DNA of 64,000 bases from Camelus dromedarius. Taxonomy: Eukaryota. The notes under the pieces are model-generated. The model was not told where the DNA came from, made no database searches, and saw only the letters and a program-made list of their open reading frames with translations. Both the position numbers and the translations under genes were made by a program. The stretch covers positions 105,092,001-105,156,000 of the forward strand of contig NC_087436.1 in NCBI RefSeq assembly GCF_036321535.1. Reading direction: 5' to 3'. Shown one piece after another: positions 25,772-40,454 of this stretch. Position 1 is the stretch's first letter, and every line of letters starts with the position of its first letter.

Positions 25772-28700
25772 AGAACAGATTTCTGCTCAAAGTAAAGAAG
25801 GACCTTTGGTCTCTCAGAGCTTCCCAAAGTAAAAATGCTTGTCTCTAGAAATAATGAGCTCCCTGTTGCTGGAGATGACCAACCCTAGGCCAGATGAGCC
25901 ATCAGCATGAGTCTTTGAGACCTATGTCTGTGTAGCATTTTACAAGTTCACAGGCACAAGATCAGGGGAGTTCATTGTCCTTATTCCCTTTTTGCAGATG
26001 AGGAAACTGAGGCTCAGAGACGATACGTCCCTTGCCCAACACCACACAGGTGGGAGGTGGCACCGCCAGCATTGGACCTCTGGTCTTTTGGCTCTAACTC
26101 CAGTGGCCAGGCCACTCAGGCGTATCTCAGTGCTAACAGGCGTCATCCATTCCAGCCCATCACCGGAGGTACTTTCTAAAACTACGGATTCCTGAACTTT
26201 ATCCCTGACCTACTGGGGCCAAAGCTTCAGAGATGGTTTTTATTTTTAAAATTTTCCCTAATTATAATGATAATCACCAAATTCAGGATAAAGTTGCCTC
26301 AGAGTTGAGGGAGAGGGAAATCCACTTGGGGAAGGAGCCCCCACTGATCCCGTAAGCAGCCAGGCTTGGGATCCAAAAGATGATCTGTAGGGCCTTTCCA
26401 GCTGTCAAATTATCTGACCTAAAGCAGCTAGAACTGGGGGGGCAACTTCCGTAGACCCACTGAGATCCCTTGTCAGTGACTAGACCCAGTCCCCACGAGG
26501 TTTACTCATCACAGCTCTTCTTGCAGTGCCCACCAGCCTTTCCCTGGGCAGAGTCAAAGGTTTCACTCCCCATGTGCCAATCCATCAACCAGTCCTGATG
26601 AAGCCAGCTGCTTTCAGCATTTCCAAGGCCATCAGCTCCCTGGCTGCTGGAGCATCTGTGGGGACCTTACCAAGTCTCGGGGTTGGCCCTGTGTCAAGAA
26701 GAGTGGCCGCTGGCAGCAGGGGACTCAGTGTGTGCCTGCTACAGACCTGTCTTTAGGCAGTTCTGCTTTAATCAGCTGTTATCACATTTGGTTTAAATGA
26801 TGGCTGGTTTCACAGCACAGACTGACAAGCCACTGTCCCCATGGGCCATTGTTTCCCTGGCTTTGAGCTGATTGCAAGTTTCTTAAGCTGAGAGTGGCAC
26901 ATGGAAATCCAGGCGCAAAGCCCAGGCACTGCTCCATCCAGACTATGATTAGGCAGGACTGGCCAGGAGGCCAAAGGCGCCCCAGCCCCCATCATCCTGA
27001 CCTGATTACTGTTTACAAGAGCAAAGCCAGGAGGTTTGCATAGAAATGAGAGCGCACATAATCCAGGTGTGGGGAAATCCACCCACAGTCCTCCGAGCTC
27101 TACAAGGTCCCTCCAGATTCACAATACTTAGGGACATGGTGTGTTCTTTTCATTGCCAAAGCCAGCAGTCTCCAAAGTGGTAGTGAACACATCCCAAGGT
27201 TCACATGACTGTTAAGGGACATATTAGACCTTTTTGTATCTATTTATTTTTACCTTGATCTTAACATTTCTTTATATTTTAGAATATATCTATTTTATTG
27301 CAAAGTTGTCATGATAAATAGATGTTATTGAGTTCTTATTCCATGCCAGGCAATATTCTAAGAGCTTACATATGTCGTCTCATTTAACCTCTACAACAAA
27401 CCTGTGAGATAGGTATTATTATTTGTGCTTTACAAGCACAGACAGGTCAAGTGATCCAGTCAATGTCACACAGCTGACAAGTGGCAGAGCTGGGATTTGA
27501 ACCCTAAAGTCTGGCTACAGCATTTACATTTATAACTACACTATTCTATCTCTCCTATATAAATATAATTTACAAATTTTAAACAAACTTATAGTGGAGT
27601 TGCGTGCATAAGTATTTGTTTTGTTTTTAACTGAAGAAGGTATTCACTCAAAAAAAAAAAGAACCTTTGGAGAAAATGTTGATAAATTCAGATAAAAAAT
27701 TAAACTATTTCCATGGGAACTTCTGGGGCAGAAGGGACAAAGTCTTAGGGTGTCACCATGAGCTCAAAACTGACTAGAACTCTGTCTTGCAAGACCAGTC
27801 CTTTGTACACCAACTTCACAAGTTTTGCCACGTCTTCCAGCACTTTTGTCTGATTCACATTTTTCTTTAAGTCAGCTTCCTTCTTCAAACTTAAAAAATA
27901 CATTTTCAAAATAAACACTGTGTCACCACTACAAATAGAGAATCAGTAGCCCTTGTAGAGATACCACCATCTCATTATAAAATATTACGAAAATTCTACT
28001 CAAAAGGTCTTGCTTTTAGGAAGATAAAAATAGCTAACATTTTATAGTGCCGGGTATTTTAGAGGGCTAGGGGCTGTTCCGAGTGTTGGAAATGTACTAA
28101 CTTTACAATAGCCCTACTAGGCAGGCATCAGTATTATCCCCATTTTACAAATGTAGGACAGGGATTTCCAGTGACTCGTGCGAGTTGACACGCCATTGAG
28201 GCAGAGGATTTGAACCCAGGCGCCCCACCGCAGGCTCGGGTGCTTGCCTGTTATAAACGCAGTGAGGCTGCTCATAGCACTTCATGCACCAGGGAAGGGA
28301 GGGCCCTCCTACCCCCGACCTGGTTAGGGACCTGCAGCTGGGTCTCCACGACTGCCCAGCTCCCTATGGCCAGGTCAGAGAAGTCGCTGCACCCTCCCCC
28401 TCCCATGGTGGGTCAAACGTGGGAGCGCACGCCCCTCTAACACCAGCACCGGGCATGAACTTGCAGTAAGAATCTGGCCTGGGTCTTGGTTGGTTTAGAA
28501 GGGTCTTCCCAAGTTGGCAACCTACAGACAGAGAGGACCTGCATGTTAAGAGGCTGTAGCGGGAACCTCTGAGGGTAGAGACCGAGGCTGGGTGGGGAGC
28601 TGCCAGGTGCAGGAGAAGCACTCCCAGCCGCCCCAAATTGTCGTTGAGCAGGCCAAGCACAGGAGTCCCGAAAAACCCACAGAAGTGCCCACAAAGACAG

Positions 28701-29749
28701 ATAATTTCAATAATCTCCCAGGTCTGGAGCGCACAGGGTTAAATTATTCCAAACCCAGCCAAGTTAGATGTGCCCATCCCTTAACGCTCCTCCCACATCC
28801 TGCTTCCAGCCCTGGGAGAGGGGTGATCACAGAGAGAGGAGCTGGCCACCAGCCTCCTCCCAGACCAGAGGTCTGGAGACAATGGGGAGAAATGTCAGTC
28901 CTTCTTCTTTCAGAGAACAGGGGAAGGAGAATCCCACAACACATTTTTAAAAGAGACTTTTATGATTATAACCTAAATGTCCTGCTTGTTCCATTTTCAA
29001 GAATCCTTTCTCAGCTACATTCTGTAGGATGGGAGGGAAGGAGCTTGGAAATCCATCCATGTAACCAGACTCATGGAAAGTATTTCCAATAAACTGAAAG
29101 TGTGTCTTCCTCTCTTAGCCCCTCCATATTCCGCATTCCCCACCCAGAGCATGATTCAGGAAACCATGGACAGAAGGACCAAGTAGGGGCCCTAGAGACA
29201 ATCACTATATTAGATACATATCACCAAAGCTGATTTTTTCTCAATTTTTTGAAATACAAAGAATATATAAAGAATAAATAAAGTCTAACATTTCCTTCCT
29301 AGTCCCCAATATAACATCATTTTGAAAACTCACTGGGTTACTATTACAAGTGCTTAAGCAAGAGAGCAATGTGATAAGATCTGTGCTTATAGAAGTTGAA
29401 CTTGACCTTGTCGTGGCAGGGGACTAGGAGTAAGAAGGCACTGGAAATTTGAGGGGAAGGGGAAGAGACCATGACTGAGATAGATTTGCTAAACCCCTGA
29501 TTCAGCTCTCTCGAGTCAAAGGGGAGATTTACCAACCCAAGGGAATTGGGTTCCCTACTCACTTCTGAGCCATGAGGTTTGGGCAAAATGCTTAACTTCC
29601 CTCTTTCTCAGTTTCTTCACCTGTAAGATGGAATCAGTCATAGCTACCTCAGAGACTTGATTTGAAGGTTGAATGAGATGACGTAAGTGAAAGTATGCAA
29701 CCCAGGTTCTCACACATAATGAGTTCTCAAGATCTTAAATACTATTATC

Positions 29750-29929
29750 CAGTGTCCCTGATGTAGTATTTTCTCTGTTTGTTTGTCATACAAAAGTTTT
29801 AAATGCGCTCAAATCTATCAATCTTTTCCTTTATGGTTTTGGGATTTTATGTCTTGCTTTAAAACACACTTTCCCAAATCCATAATATGAAGTCATTCTC
29901 TTATAAATTCTTCAAATATTTTTTATATC

Positions 29930-29984
<55 letters not shown>

Positions 29985-32900
29985 GGTGTATGCTGTGAAA
30001 TAGTAATCTGACTTTATTTTTTCTAAATAGATTGTTAGTTGTCTCAACATCATTGGTCCAATAGGTCAGCTATTTCCCACTGACTTAAATTACGCTTTTA
30101 TTTACACATATTTCCATACATGCCTACGTGTATTTCCAGATTCTCTATTCAGGTCCAATTAACCTATTTGATCATCCCTGTAACAATACCACGATGCTAT
30201 AATTACAATAACCTTGGAGAAGGTTTTGATATATCCAGGGCAAGTTTTCCACCCTCTCATGATACTTCTTTTCCAGTAATTTACTCGAATTCTTCTGTAT
30301 GTCCCCTTCTAGATGAATTTTTGAACCCATTTATTGAATTCCATAAAAATTGCATTGGCTTTTTTTATTGAGAGGATAGTAAGTTTATATATTATTTATG
30401 GAGTGCTGGTTTATTCACAGTATTGAATATTCCCATACTGGAGCATATGAAGTGTGTCTATTTATCCAAACGTCCTTTTGTGTACTTGTACATTTCTTGA
30501 GCTTTGTTCCTTGGTTTTTTGTTTTGGTTTGGTTTGGACACTTTTGTGGTTGGGATTTTTTCATAGCATTTTATAACTGATTATTGGTGGAATATAGGAA
30601 AATCCATCAATAATTTTAACATTGATGTTATATCTAGCAACCTTATTGAATTTTCATTAGTTTTAATAGGCTTTTTAAAATTACCTGGGATTCTCATCAA
30701 ATAATCATATCATCTGCAAATAATGACAGTTCTGTTTCTTTGTTTGAAATATTTTAATTTTTCTGGTTTTATTATAAGGGCAAGAAACTGTCTTCCTTCG
30801 GCTAGACTGTAGAATGTTGAATAGATGCAGCAGTAGTGGGCATTCTTATCTTATTCCTGAATTTAACAGGAATGCTAACAGGTTTTCACCATCAATGTGA
30901 TATTTGGTGTAGGCTTATGGAAGGAAGATCCTTTATCAAGTCAAGGTAGATTCTTTCATTTCCAGACTTTCTAAGGTTTTTAACCAGGTATTGGTCTTAA
31001 ATTTGGTTGAATACTTTCTTTTTCAGCTTTATTAGGGTATAATTGATAAGAATTGTATATACTTGAGGTAGATATGTTTTGATATATGTATACATTAAAG
31101 TGATCACCACAATCAAACTAATTAACATATCCATTACCTTTCATAGTTTCTATATTTTGTTTGTGTGTGTGTATTGAGAAGACTTAAGATACACTCTCTT
31201 AGAAAACTTGTTACACAATACAGTAATACAGTATTATTAGCTGTAGTCACTATGCTATATATTAGCTCTCTAGAACTCATTCACCTTGTATAACCAAAAT
31301 TTTGTACCTTAGATGTTAAATACTTTTCAAAAATTTTTCAGATGATCACAAGTTTTTCTCCATACACTGATTACTGGAAAGAATTTCTTAATAGATTCCC
31401 TAATGTTGAGTCATGCTTGAAACCTTAGAATAAACTCTACTGGTTTTTGGTACACAGAGGATTCAATTTGTTAATGTCTTGTTTAGGATATTTGCATATC
31501 TGCTCATAAAAATACCAGTTCCATAGTATAGACAATGTTCTCTATATGTTCTCTGTCCTTTTTCTTTTGTGCTATCATCATCCTGTTTTACTATGTTATC
31601 AAGTAATGCTAGCAAAGTCAAATGAGTTGAGAAGTTTCCCATCTTTCCCTATGCTCTGAAATAATTTATATGATATATGGAATAGCTTAAAGGTTTGCTA
31701 TAACTCAATTCTAAAATTGTCTGAACTTAATATCTTTTTGTCAGACTGAAGGGAACAGAATGAAGGTGAGATAAATTTTCAAATAACTTTTAAATTTCTT
31801 CAAGGATTATTCAACTATTATTATTCTTCAGGTTTTCCATTTTTTTCATGAGTCAAATTAAGTTTTCCTGGAAAACCACCTATTTCATACTTTTTATAAA
31901 ACTGCCTTATAGAATATAATTCACATACTACACAATTCACACATAGGAAGTGTACAGTGTGATGGTTTTTAGAATATTCAGAGTTGTGAAACCATCACCA
32001 CAATTTTAGAACATTTTCATCATCCCCCAAAGAAACCCATACCCTTAGCAGTCATACTCCATTTCCTTCCTTCTCTAAACAACCCTAGCCCTAAACAACC
32101 ACTAATCAACTATCTGCAAAAAAAAAAAAAAAAATGTCATCTGTCAATAGCGATGGTTTTAATTCTTCCTTTCCAATACAGATGCTTCCTATTTCATTTT
32201 CTTACCTAATTGCCCTGGCTAGAACCTCCAGCACAATGCTGAACAGAAGTGCCAAGAGGGGATATCTTTGTCTTGCTCCTGATCTTAGGAGGACAGCATT
32301 CAGTCTTTCCCAAAGAAGTACTGAGACGCGCGTCTTCTGTAGATGCCTTTCATCTTGAGGAAGTTCTCCTTTATCCTTGGTTCACTGACTGTTTTTTCAT
32401 TATGAAAGGATGTGAGATATTGTCAAATGTTTTCTCTGCATCTCCTGAGATCATCATGTTGGGTTTTTCTCTTTTATTCTATTAATATAGTCTGTTATAT
32501 TGATTGATTTTCAATGTGGAGCCAACCTTGCATTTTGGGGATAGATCCCACTTGGTCACAGTGTACAATTCTTTGTATATATTGCTGGATTTGGTTTGCT
32601 AGTATTTTGTTGAGAATTTTTGTGTTTGTGTTCATAAGAGATATTGGTCTGTAGTTTTCTTTTCTTGTCATGTCTCTGTCTAGCTTTGGTATCAAGATAA
32701 TACTGGCCTCAGAGTGAGTTGAGAAGTGTTCCCTTCTTTTCTACTTTTTGAAAGGGTTTGTGAAAAATTGGTATGAATTATTCTTTATAATTTGGTAGAT
32801 CTTATTAGTGAAGTTACTAGTGAGCTTTTGTTTTCGGAAGTTTTTAAATTACTAGTTTAGCCTCTTGTTATAGGTCTATTCAGATTTTCTCTTCTTGAGG

Positions 32901-33800
32901 CAGTTTAAGCAGTTTGGGTCTTCCTAGAAATTTGTTCATTTTATCTGCATTATCTACCATGTTGACATACATTCTTCACTCATTTCATCTTGATTTTCAA
33001 TTGTGAGGATTGAGCTTTTCAAAAGGTTCTCTCAGTCTTCAAATTCCTTTTAAATGTTTAAAATATTTTTCATTGAAAAGATTTATATCCTTTAATGCAT
33101 TTTATATTAGGAACCATTCCTACCACCCTATTTTATGTGCTGCAATGTTTATGCTTTCTTGTTGTTTCTTTTTCTCTTTCTCTTTCTATTTCTCCTCTGG
33201 TTGAATTAAGTTTTTCATGTCCCACTCTACTCCCTTAAATGTTTAACACTCAGTTTTCCATAAATGTCTAAAAATAATATCTACATCATCACTTTGAACA
33301 GAATAGTAAAATTCACAGTTTCACATGAGCCCACTCCTGCCCACATTGTGATCACCTCCCATTAGATCTAGATTATTAACTCTTTTGCTTTTTACATTAT
33401 GTATCACATTTGGATTTAACACTGACTTTACAAGCCTCTCATAACCTTCACCTTCTTGCTTCTTGTATTTGTTTTTTACTTTGCTGGGCTATATCCCCAA
33501 GTAATCCTTTCAAAGAGGATTTTCTGTTCTTATATGTCCTTACATGTCTTGAAATATCTACTTTGCCTTTCTAATTGAATGCTGGTTTACCTGAGTATAG
33601 AATTCTGGGTTCAAAATATTTTTTCTCTGAACTTTGATAATATGTCACTGTTGTCTTCTAGCCATTGGGGTCACCATTAAGAAGACTGATGCCAATTGGA
33701 TTCTTGCTTATTTGTAGGAAGATTGCACTTCACTCTTGAAGCTTTAAGAATTTTCTCTTACTCTTTGGGATTTTGAAATTTTTCCAGTATGTTAACCCAT
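29750..33800 (-). mobile_element. Composite of old L1 fragments including ORF2 reverse-transcriptase region
   Basis: 32495-32695 (-) [37 protein letters not shown] is the L1 RT start; further L1 3' ends near 31020-31310 and 31900-32110. Confidence 0.88.
29931..29982. repeat. (TG)26 microsatellite
   Basis: Perfect dinucleotide run. Confidence 0.98.
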
Positions 33801-34079
33801 TTATGCTTATACATTTTGCCCTCACCACCAGCCCAGATATTACTACTTGCATGTAAATTTTTTAAAGAAAATTATAAGTTCTCCATCCTTCTTCCATGTT
33901 ATGCTACATTCCTTCTGCTTTAAGATATAAATTCCTCCTAAAGGAAAGTCGTCTGTTCTTAGGGAAGCAAAGAGATAATTAATCTAAATTTCAGCCACCT
34001 GCTTGTCACCAGCACCTAACAGGGTATCTGGCACTTAGCAGACATAAATAAATGTTTAAAGAATTAATGAGTGGGCTGT

Positions 34080-37000
34080 GTTGCTGCAGACTAGATATCC
34101 TGAAGCATCTCTTGCTATTAAAAAAAAAAAACACTTAAAAAATGCTAGATTAAAAAAAAATGTATATTTTAAAATGCATAACTGAGATGGAAAGAAAGGG
34201 AGATACCCAAGAGCTGAAGATGAGATGGCAGCCAGATTCCAAATAAGTCAGCAAGAGCTGGAACCAGAGGCACCTCCTGCTCCCCTGAGACCTAGAACAA
34301 GAGTTTTAACTGGTGTCATAAGGGAGAGAATGCATAATGTAGGGGTTTGGCAAGATGAAGTTCAGATTAGAGACCATTGTACAAAGCTCAGATCCCCAAT
34401 ATCAACATTCTCAGTGAAAAGATGGTCTATCTCTATATGTATATATTCTCTGCTAAGCAAAAGAAGTAACATACTTATCTGCCTTTGACTTGTGGATAGA
34501 GAATTTCTCTGAGAATGAATAGCCACAAGCTAGACTTTATGCATGTTTTTACAGAACAACGTACACTACTCCTGTAGTGTGTTAAAAAAAAAAAAAAAAA
34601 AAAGTTACCTTGCAAAGCAAAAGTAAATTTTCTAAAGGAGATCCCAGACTTCATAGAGTTCCAGCAAAGTTCCATCAAATATCAAAAATTACAAAATACA
34701 CCAAAAAAAAACAAGATGCAAAGAAGAGCAACAACACAGTTCAAGAGAGAGTGAGTTAGAAGATAAATCTGAGGACAGAACATAGAGAGAAAAATGAAAA
34801 AATACCAGAGATTATAAAGCCTGGAGGATGAGCTAATAAGGTTTAAAGTACATTGAATTGGAGTTCCACAAGAGAAGAATAAGAAAGAACAAGGAGACAC
34901 AATATGGGAAGAGATGACACCTGAGATTTTTCTGAGAAAGAAAAAATTTCAGAAGCAGATAAATGAAACGGAGTAAGTATACAGTAACAAAATGAGAGAA
35001 CACCAAAAACAAAGAGAATATCTTTAAAGCAGCCAGAGAGAATAGCCAGGTTATCTTCTCTACAGCCAGAAGATAATTAAACAATATTTTCAAAATTCTG
35101 AGAGACAATAACTGTCAGTCTAGAACTGTATGTACAACAGAGTCACCTTTCAATAATGATGAAAAATAGACAGGTTCAGATCAAACAACAAATTCCTACA
35201 GAGTTTGCCATGAGACCCTTACTAAAGGAACGTCTGGGTTATACATCATATGCAAAAGTGAATGAGGAGCAAAAAGTAAATGAAAAAGTGAACGGATTGG
35301 GAAAGGAAAAAGACAACTGATTGCCATGATTATCCCCCTACAAACTTCCTCATTTCTTATTCCTTTCTTCCCTCTCCCTAGCAATGACTTCTACTGAGTG
35401 CTTCCCTAAGGATGAGACCCGGTGCTAAGCCCTTGACACACATCATCTTACTAAGCTTTAAACACTACAAGGAAAGATTATTGTCCCTATTTTACAGACA
35501 AGGAAATGGGGACTTCTTTTGCCTGAGGCCAGAGAATGTTCAGCTAATGTATAACCAGCCAGTCTAGAGAGAGAGTCAAGGCATACAAGCTTGGGCTGAA
35601 GTTGTACCCTAGTCCCAATTCACTTGGAATCAAATGCAATAAGATTTAATCCCCAAATATAAAGAAAATCCTTTATTTAAAAATTCTAAGAATTTAAGAA
35701 CTAAGAGAGAATAACTGAGGATCAAGAAAAGTAACTATAGAATAACAGACATGACTTTCATTTCTGAATATAATGGAGCAGAGTGTAGCAGACCAACCTT
35801 CCCATAAAGAACAACCAGAGAAGCCAATAAAACACAAAAAAACATCTGCTTGAGGCTTTGGAAGAATATTGAGGCCCTAGGACTTACTGGGTAAAAGTTC
35901 TGGGGTGGGGGGAAAGTAGCTGCAGAAAGATGAGTTGACATTCTACAGTCTTTTTTTCCCTCAAAGTCTTTACCAATTCTAGTTACAGTTATAGGGCAGG
36001 AGGCAAAGACTCCAGGTGACACCAGTCAGGGACTTCCGTTAAGAGGTAAAAAAGGAGTAATTCTCATGGCAGTCTGTGGGGCTAGAGAGATAAAATTAAA
36101 GGCACAGGGGCCAGGACCCCAGTGAGAAAGAAGGAGAAGAGAACTGAGCCCAGCACTACCAGTCTTCCCAGAGGACACCCGCTACCTTCTGACGCTGTCT
36201 GGGCAAGAGGCTCAGGAGCCAAATAGAAAGCCTCAGAAACTAGAAGCAAGCTTTTGGCAGTCTCCCAGTGGTGAGGATGCAAGCGTAAGAGTTCAAATCC
36301 TACTAAAAGGAAAGATCACTGCTCCATACCCCAGATTCATAGCTGGGGCCCCTGGAGAGATCTACCCTAAAAGCTAGGGGGAAACAGAGCCAGGCAGAGG
36401 CTTTCCAAATCTGCAGCCCAGCCTAATGCTGTCTTGGTCTCTGATTGTCTTAAGATGATCAGTCCTCACTCTCTCTTGCCAGCTAAGGAAAGGATAACTT
36501 CCTCTGAAGGAAGACAACATCATTTACAGTCTCAACATTTTTTTCAGACACAGTGCTCACCATTCATTCAAAAATTGCCAGGCATGCAAAGAGATGTAAA
36601 TAACCAAAAACCAAGAGAAGAAAAACAGCTACAGGTGACTCAGATGTTGGAGTTAATTCAGACAGCTAAAGTTTTCTTTTTATATAACAAACACAATGAG
36701 TCAACAGATAATGAGGGATAATTTCTCAGATAATGAGAAATTATAAAAAAGAGTCAAATGAAAATGTTAGGATTGAAAAATACAATAAGTAAAAACTTGA
36801 AATAGGTGGGCTTAAGAGCAGATTTAGACTCAGAAAGGATAGATTAGTGAGCTGGAAGACAATAGGAAATATCCAGACTAAAGGAAAAGAGAAAAAAGGA
36901 TGGAAAATATAGAAAAGAGTATAAGAGGCAAATGGCACACAGTGAAAAGGGATAATACATGTGTAACTGAAGACATGGGAAGAGAGAAAAGGGCAGAAGC

Positions 37001-37690
37001 AATATTTAAAGATAATAAAAAAGAATTTCCTATAACTGATGAAATATGTTAAAACTCAGATTCAAGTTCACTGAATTCAGTCATGATGAAAATAAAGAAA
37101 ACCATATTGAAGCATAACATAAAAAAAACTGCTGAGGGGGAGGGTAGAGCTCAGTGGTAGAGTGTGTGCTCAGCATGCATGAGGTCCTGGGTTCAATCCC
37201 CAGTACCTCCATTAAATTAATTAATTAATTAATTAATTAATTAATTAAACAAAATAAACCTAGTTACCCCCCCTACACACACAAACACACAAAAGAAAAA
37301 AAAGAAAAACTGCTGAAAATCAGAGATAAAAAGAACAGCATAAAAGTGGGGAAAGCATCCACAAAACCACATTACAAGATGATTTTCAACAGAAACAATA
37401 AAACTCAGAAGACAAGGCACTGAAAGAAATTAACTGCCCACCTAGGATCATATACTCTATGAAATTATCCTTTGAAATGAAAGGTCCTAAGACAAGCAAA
37501 ACTGAGAGAATTCTTACCTGGTAAAATTATAGTCAAAGAAATACTGAAGGGAGTACTTCAGATAGAAGGAAAATTATCCCCATTAGAAATACAGAAATGC
37601 AGAAAACCCACAGAAAGGGTAAATAAAAATGAATATTGACTTGCAAAACAATAATAGAAATGCACATGCCTTTAAGCCAGGATTCCCATT
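34080..37690 (+). mobile_element. Old L1 5'UTR/ORF1 fragments (two blocks, about 34080-35330 and 35700-37690)
   Basis: A-rich ORF1-like text (aattggagttccacaagagaag; atctttaaagcagccagaga; gattagtgagctggaagac). Confidence 0.75.
37136..37304 (+). mobile_element. tRNA-Ala-derived camelid-type SINE with (TTAA)n tail
   Basis: Intact A/B boxes; perfect 12 bp TSD aaaaactgctga at 37124-37135 and 37305-37316. Confidence 0.95.
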
Positions 37691-37715
37691 TCTACGAATT
37701 CCCATAGATACATTG

Positions 37716-38188
37716 TGTATACGTTCCACTCCCTCCCCGGATCCATTTACTGTTCCTCAGTGCCCACCTTGGGGCCAGGAGGGAGGGTGATCACTCTGGT
37801 CACCTGGGACCCTTGCCTACTGGCCTCTGTGGTTGGGTTTGGCCAATGGGAGGCACTGGTAAGACTGCCGAGCAAGAAGAGAGAGTGGCGGAGGTGTTCC
37901 TTCCCTGCTCCGTCGGTCTTGATGCTGTGCTTCGGAAAACACACAGGTCCTACTAGGTGACCTCTCCCCCACATGCCGGCTTTCCCGAGGCTCCAGTGGT
38001 ACCATTTTCCCCTTCAGGCCAAGGGGAGGTACCTGCTTCCTGCTGTTGTCAGCTCCTCAGTGCCTCAACATCCATCCGTGGTTTCCTTAACCCTGCCACA
38101 TCTCTGTAAAGTTGCCCCTGTCATATGTCTCTTAGTTTGAACCTTCTGAGTTTCAGTGCTGTTTCCCTCCAGAACCCTGGCTGATGTA
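37716..38188 (+). mobile_element. ERVL LTR33-like solo LTR
   Basis: ggttgggtttggccaatgggaggcactgg...tgtttccctccagaaccctggctgat. Confidence 0.7.
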
Positions 38189-40454
38189 GATTCAAATTTC
38201 ACTGGTGTCACTGGAGCATTGTTTGTAATAACAAAATACTGGAAACAGCCTAATATGTATGAGTTGGGAGACTGGATGCGTAAATGATGGTATTCATATA
38301 ACAGAATGCCATTCCACATTTCAAAAGAATAAATTAGCTTAATAGGACCTCAGAGGGAATGTTCTCTAAAATATAATAAGTGAAAGAAAAGAAGAAGCAA
38401 AGGAAGAGTTTGTCATTCATTCTCATTCATATAGCAGAAAGTATGTATTTATTTGTATAAATATGAATATTTCTGCAAGAATATACAAAAATGTGGCATT
38501 ATTAGTTGACTCTTTTTGCCCTATTTAAATTTTGTTTTACCATGTGGATGTATTAGTTTTTGAAAAATCACTTTAAACATCTTTTTAAAAAGATTCTTTA
38601 TTAGACAGAATACTATTTAGCAATCAAAAGAAACATACCTCTGTTACGTGCAACACTATGTCTTGAACTTCGTATAAATGCAATAATGCAGTATGTTAGC
38701 TAACTTTAAAAAAAAAATCCTCTACTAGAGTCAAAATCACCTTTTAATCATTTGGCAAATCAGATTCCTCTTCCCATCTCACCTGGTTTCACTCTTAGAA
38801 ACATACCACCAGCCAAACCAAACCTCTCACGTAAGTGGTACTTCAAAGGAGCATGAAGAAATTAAAAGAAGAGAGACAAACAGAAGATCCAGAGTTAATT
38901 GACCTTTGCAAGATTTCTTTGAAACTTTCCTCTGTGTCGGTGGAGATAAGACTTAGAGGTTGACATTAGGTGCTGGAGGGGACAGAAGGGCAGGAACCAT
39001 CTATTTACATTCCTCTCCCACCCAATCATGCCCTTGGGTATCATTGGATAAATTTCTGGTCACTTCTTGGGGTGTATGAGTGAGGCTGAACACAAGACTA
39101 AGCTCCTTCCAAAACAGCTAAGGGATTACCACGGAGTCACCCCACCAAAGAGAATGAAGGCTAAAGCAGATGCTCTCAGTGTCATCTTTGTCCATAAAAA
39201 GGATCCAGGACTGCTTCTGAGAAAATGTAATGTTTTGTCTAATGAAGACTGTGGGTCTCATAGTTGGTCATGTTCCCCTTTTTACCTTGGCTGTCAGGAA
39301 GCTCAGACATGAATTTTTTTCCTATCTTGAACATTTTAGTGTACTCCTGTGGCACCCACATCTGCATACTGATTTTCTGTGCTTTCTCATCCTGTTCCAT
39401 GCTCTTTTTCCTTTAGCTCTGATTCATTTCTTTTCTTTTTAAATCGTTCTATAGTGTATGTATTCCTGGAGCCACCTCCAATGCTTTTTAGAATGAAGTA
39501 AGTTTAAACCATAAATGAAAACAGAGGCTGATTGACCATATTGCCCAGTTGATATACACAGTCAGGGGGAAGGACCTCAAACTTATGTTACTTATTTATT
39601 TTTTTAATTGGTAAATATGTATCAAGCACCCCCTACTGCATACCAGACACTGTTCCAACACCAAGGATGTAGCTAAGAATAAGACAGAAGCCCTGCCCTG
39701 ATGGAACTTCCATTCTAGGGGGAGAAATAGATATAAGCATATAAAAAGTAAATATATATTATGACAGACGGTACCGATGCTAAGGATGAAAATATAGGAA
39801 GTTAAGGAAAACAAGTGAGGTGGGGTATATGAGTATTTCATACAGACTTGTCAAACCAGGCCTCTCCAACAAGGGGACATTACTGATGAGGAGGACACTT
39901 TAATCCCTCTTCTCCTCTCCCTTCCCCTTGTCATCATCCTCATTTACTCTACCCTAGCCTTCCCAGGTGAACACAATAAATGTCAATAACTGTTCTCCCC
40001 ATGTCCTGCTTCTTAAAGTCAATTGCAACCTCCCCACCAAGCCAGAAGGATCTGATGAGGTCAAAACCCTGATAAAGTTCACATTTGCCATTTTAGTACT
40101 TAAGATCCTTCAAGCTCTGGCTCCATCCTGCCTCACCCTGAATGCACAACTCCCCAAACATGTCCCAGACTTGCCACTTCTGTGTCTTGCTCATGCCATT
40201 TCCTCTGTCATCATTCAGGGTCCAATTCAAGCATTACCTGCTCTGAGCAGCCTCCCAGAGGATCCCAAGTGGAGTTAGTCAGCCTTTCCTTTGAAGACCT
40301 AGAACCTTGTTCACATGACCATCACAGAACTACAGACATCATCTAGTGGTCAGTTACCTATCTGCATGTATGTATGTCTGTTTCCCTCCAGGATTTTGAG
40401 TCTCTGGAAGGTCTTGAATGAAGCAGGCATTCAATAATTGTTAAAATTAATAAC

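Larger units (their letters stand above)
23750..25905 (+). mobile_element. CR1/L3 3' fragment split into 23750-23930 and 25772-25905
   Basis: cagatttctgctcaaagtaaagaag...cagagcttcccaaag...tgagctccctgttgctggag resembles the L3 3' end on both sides of a compound insertion. Confidence 0.65.

Noticed and set aside
37136..37211. Apparent tRNA-Ala gene (also 24522 and 2375)
   Set aside because: A-rich tails, TSD and multiple dispersed copies identify these as SINEs, not tRNA genes.
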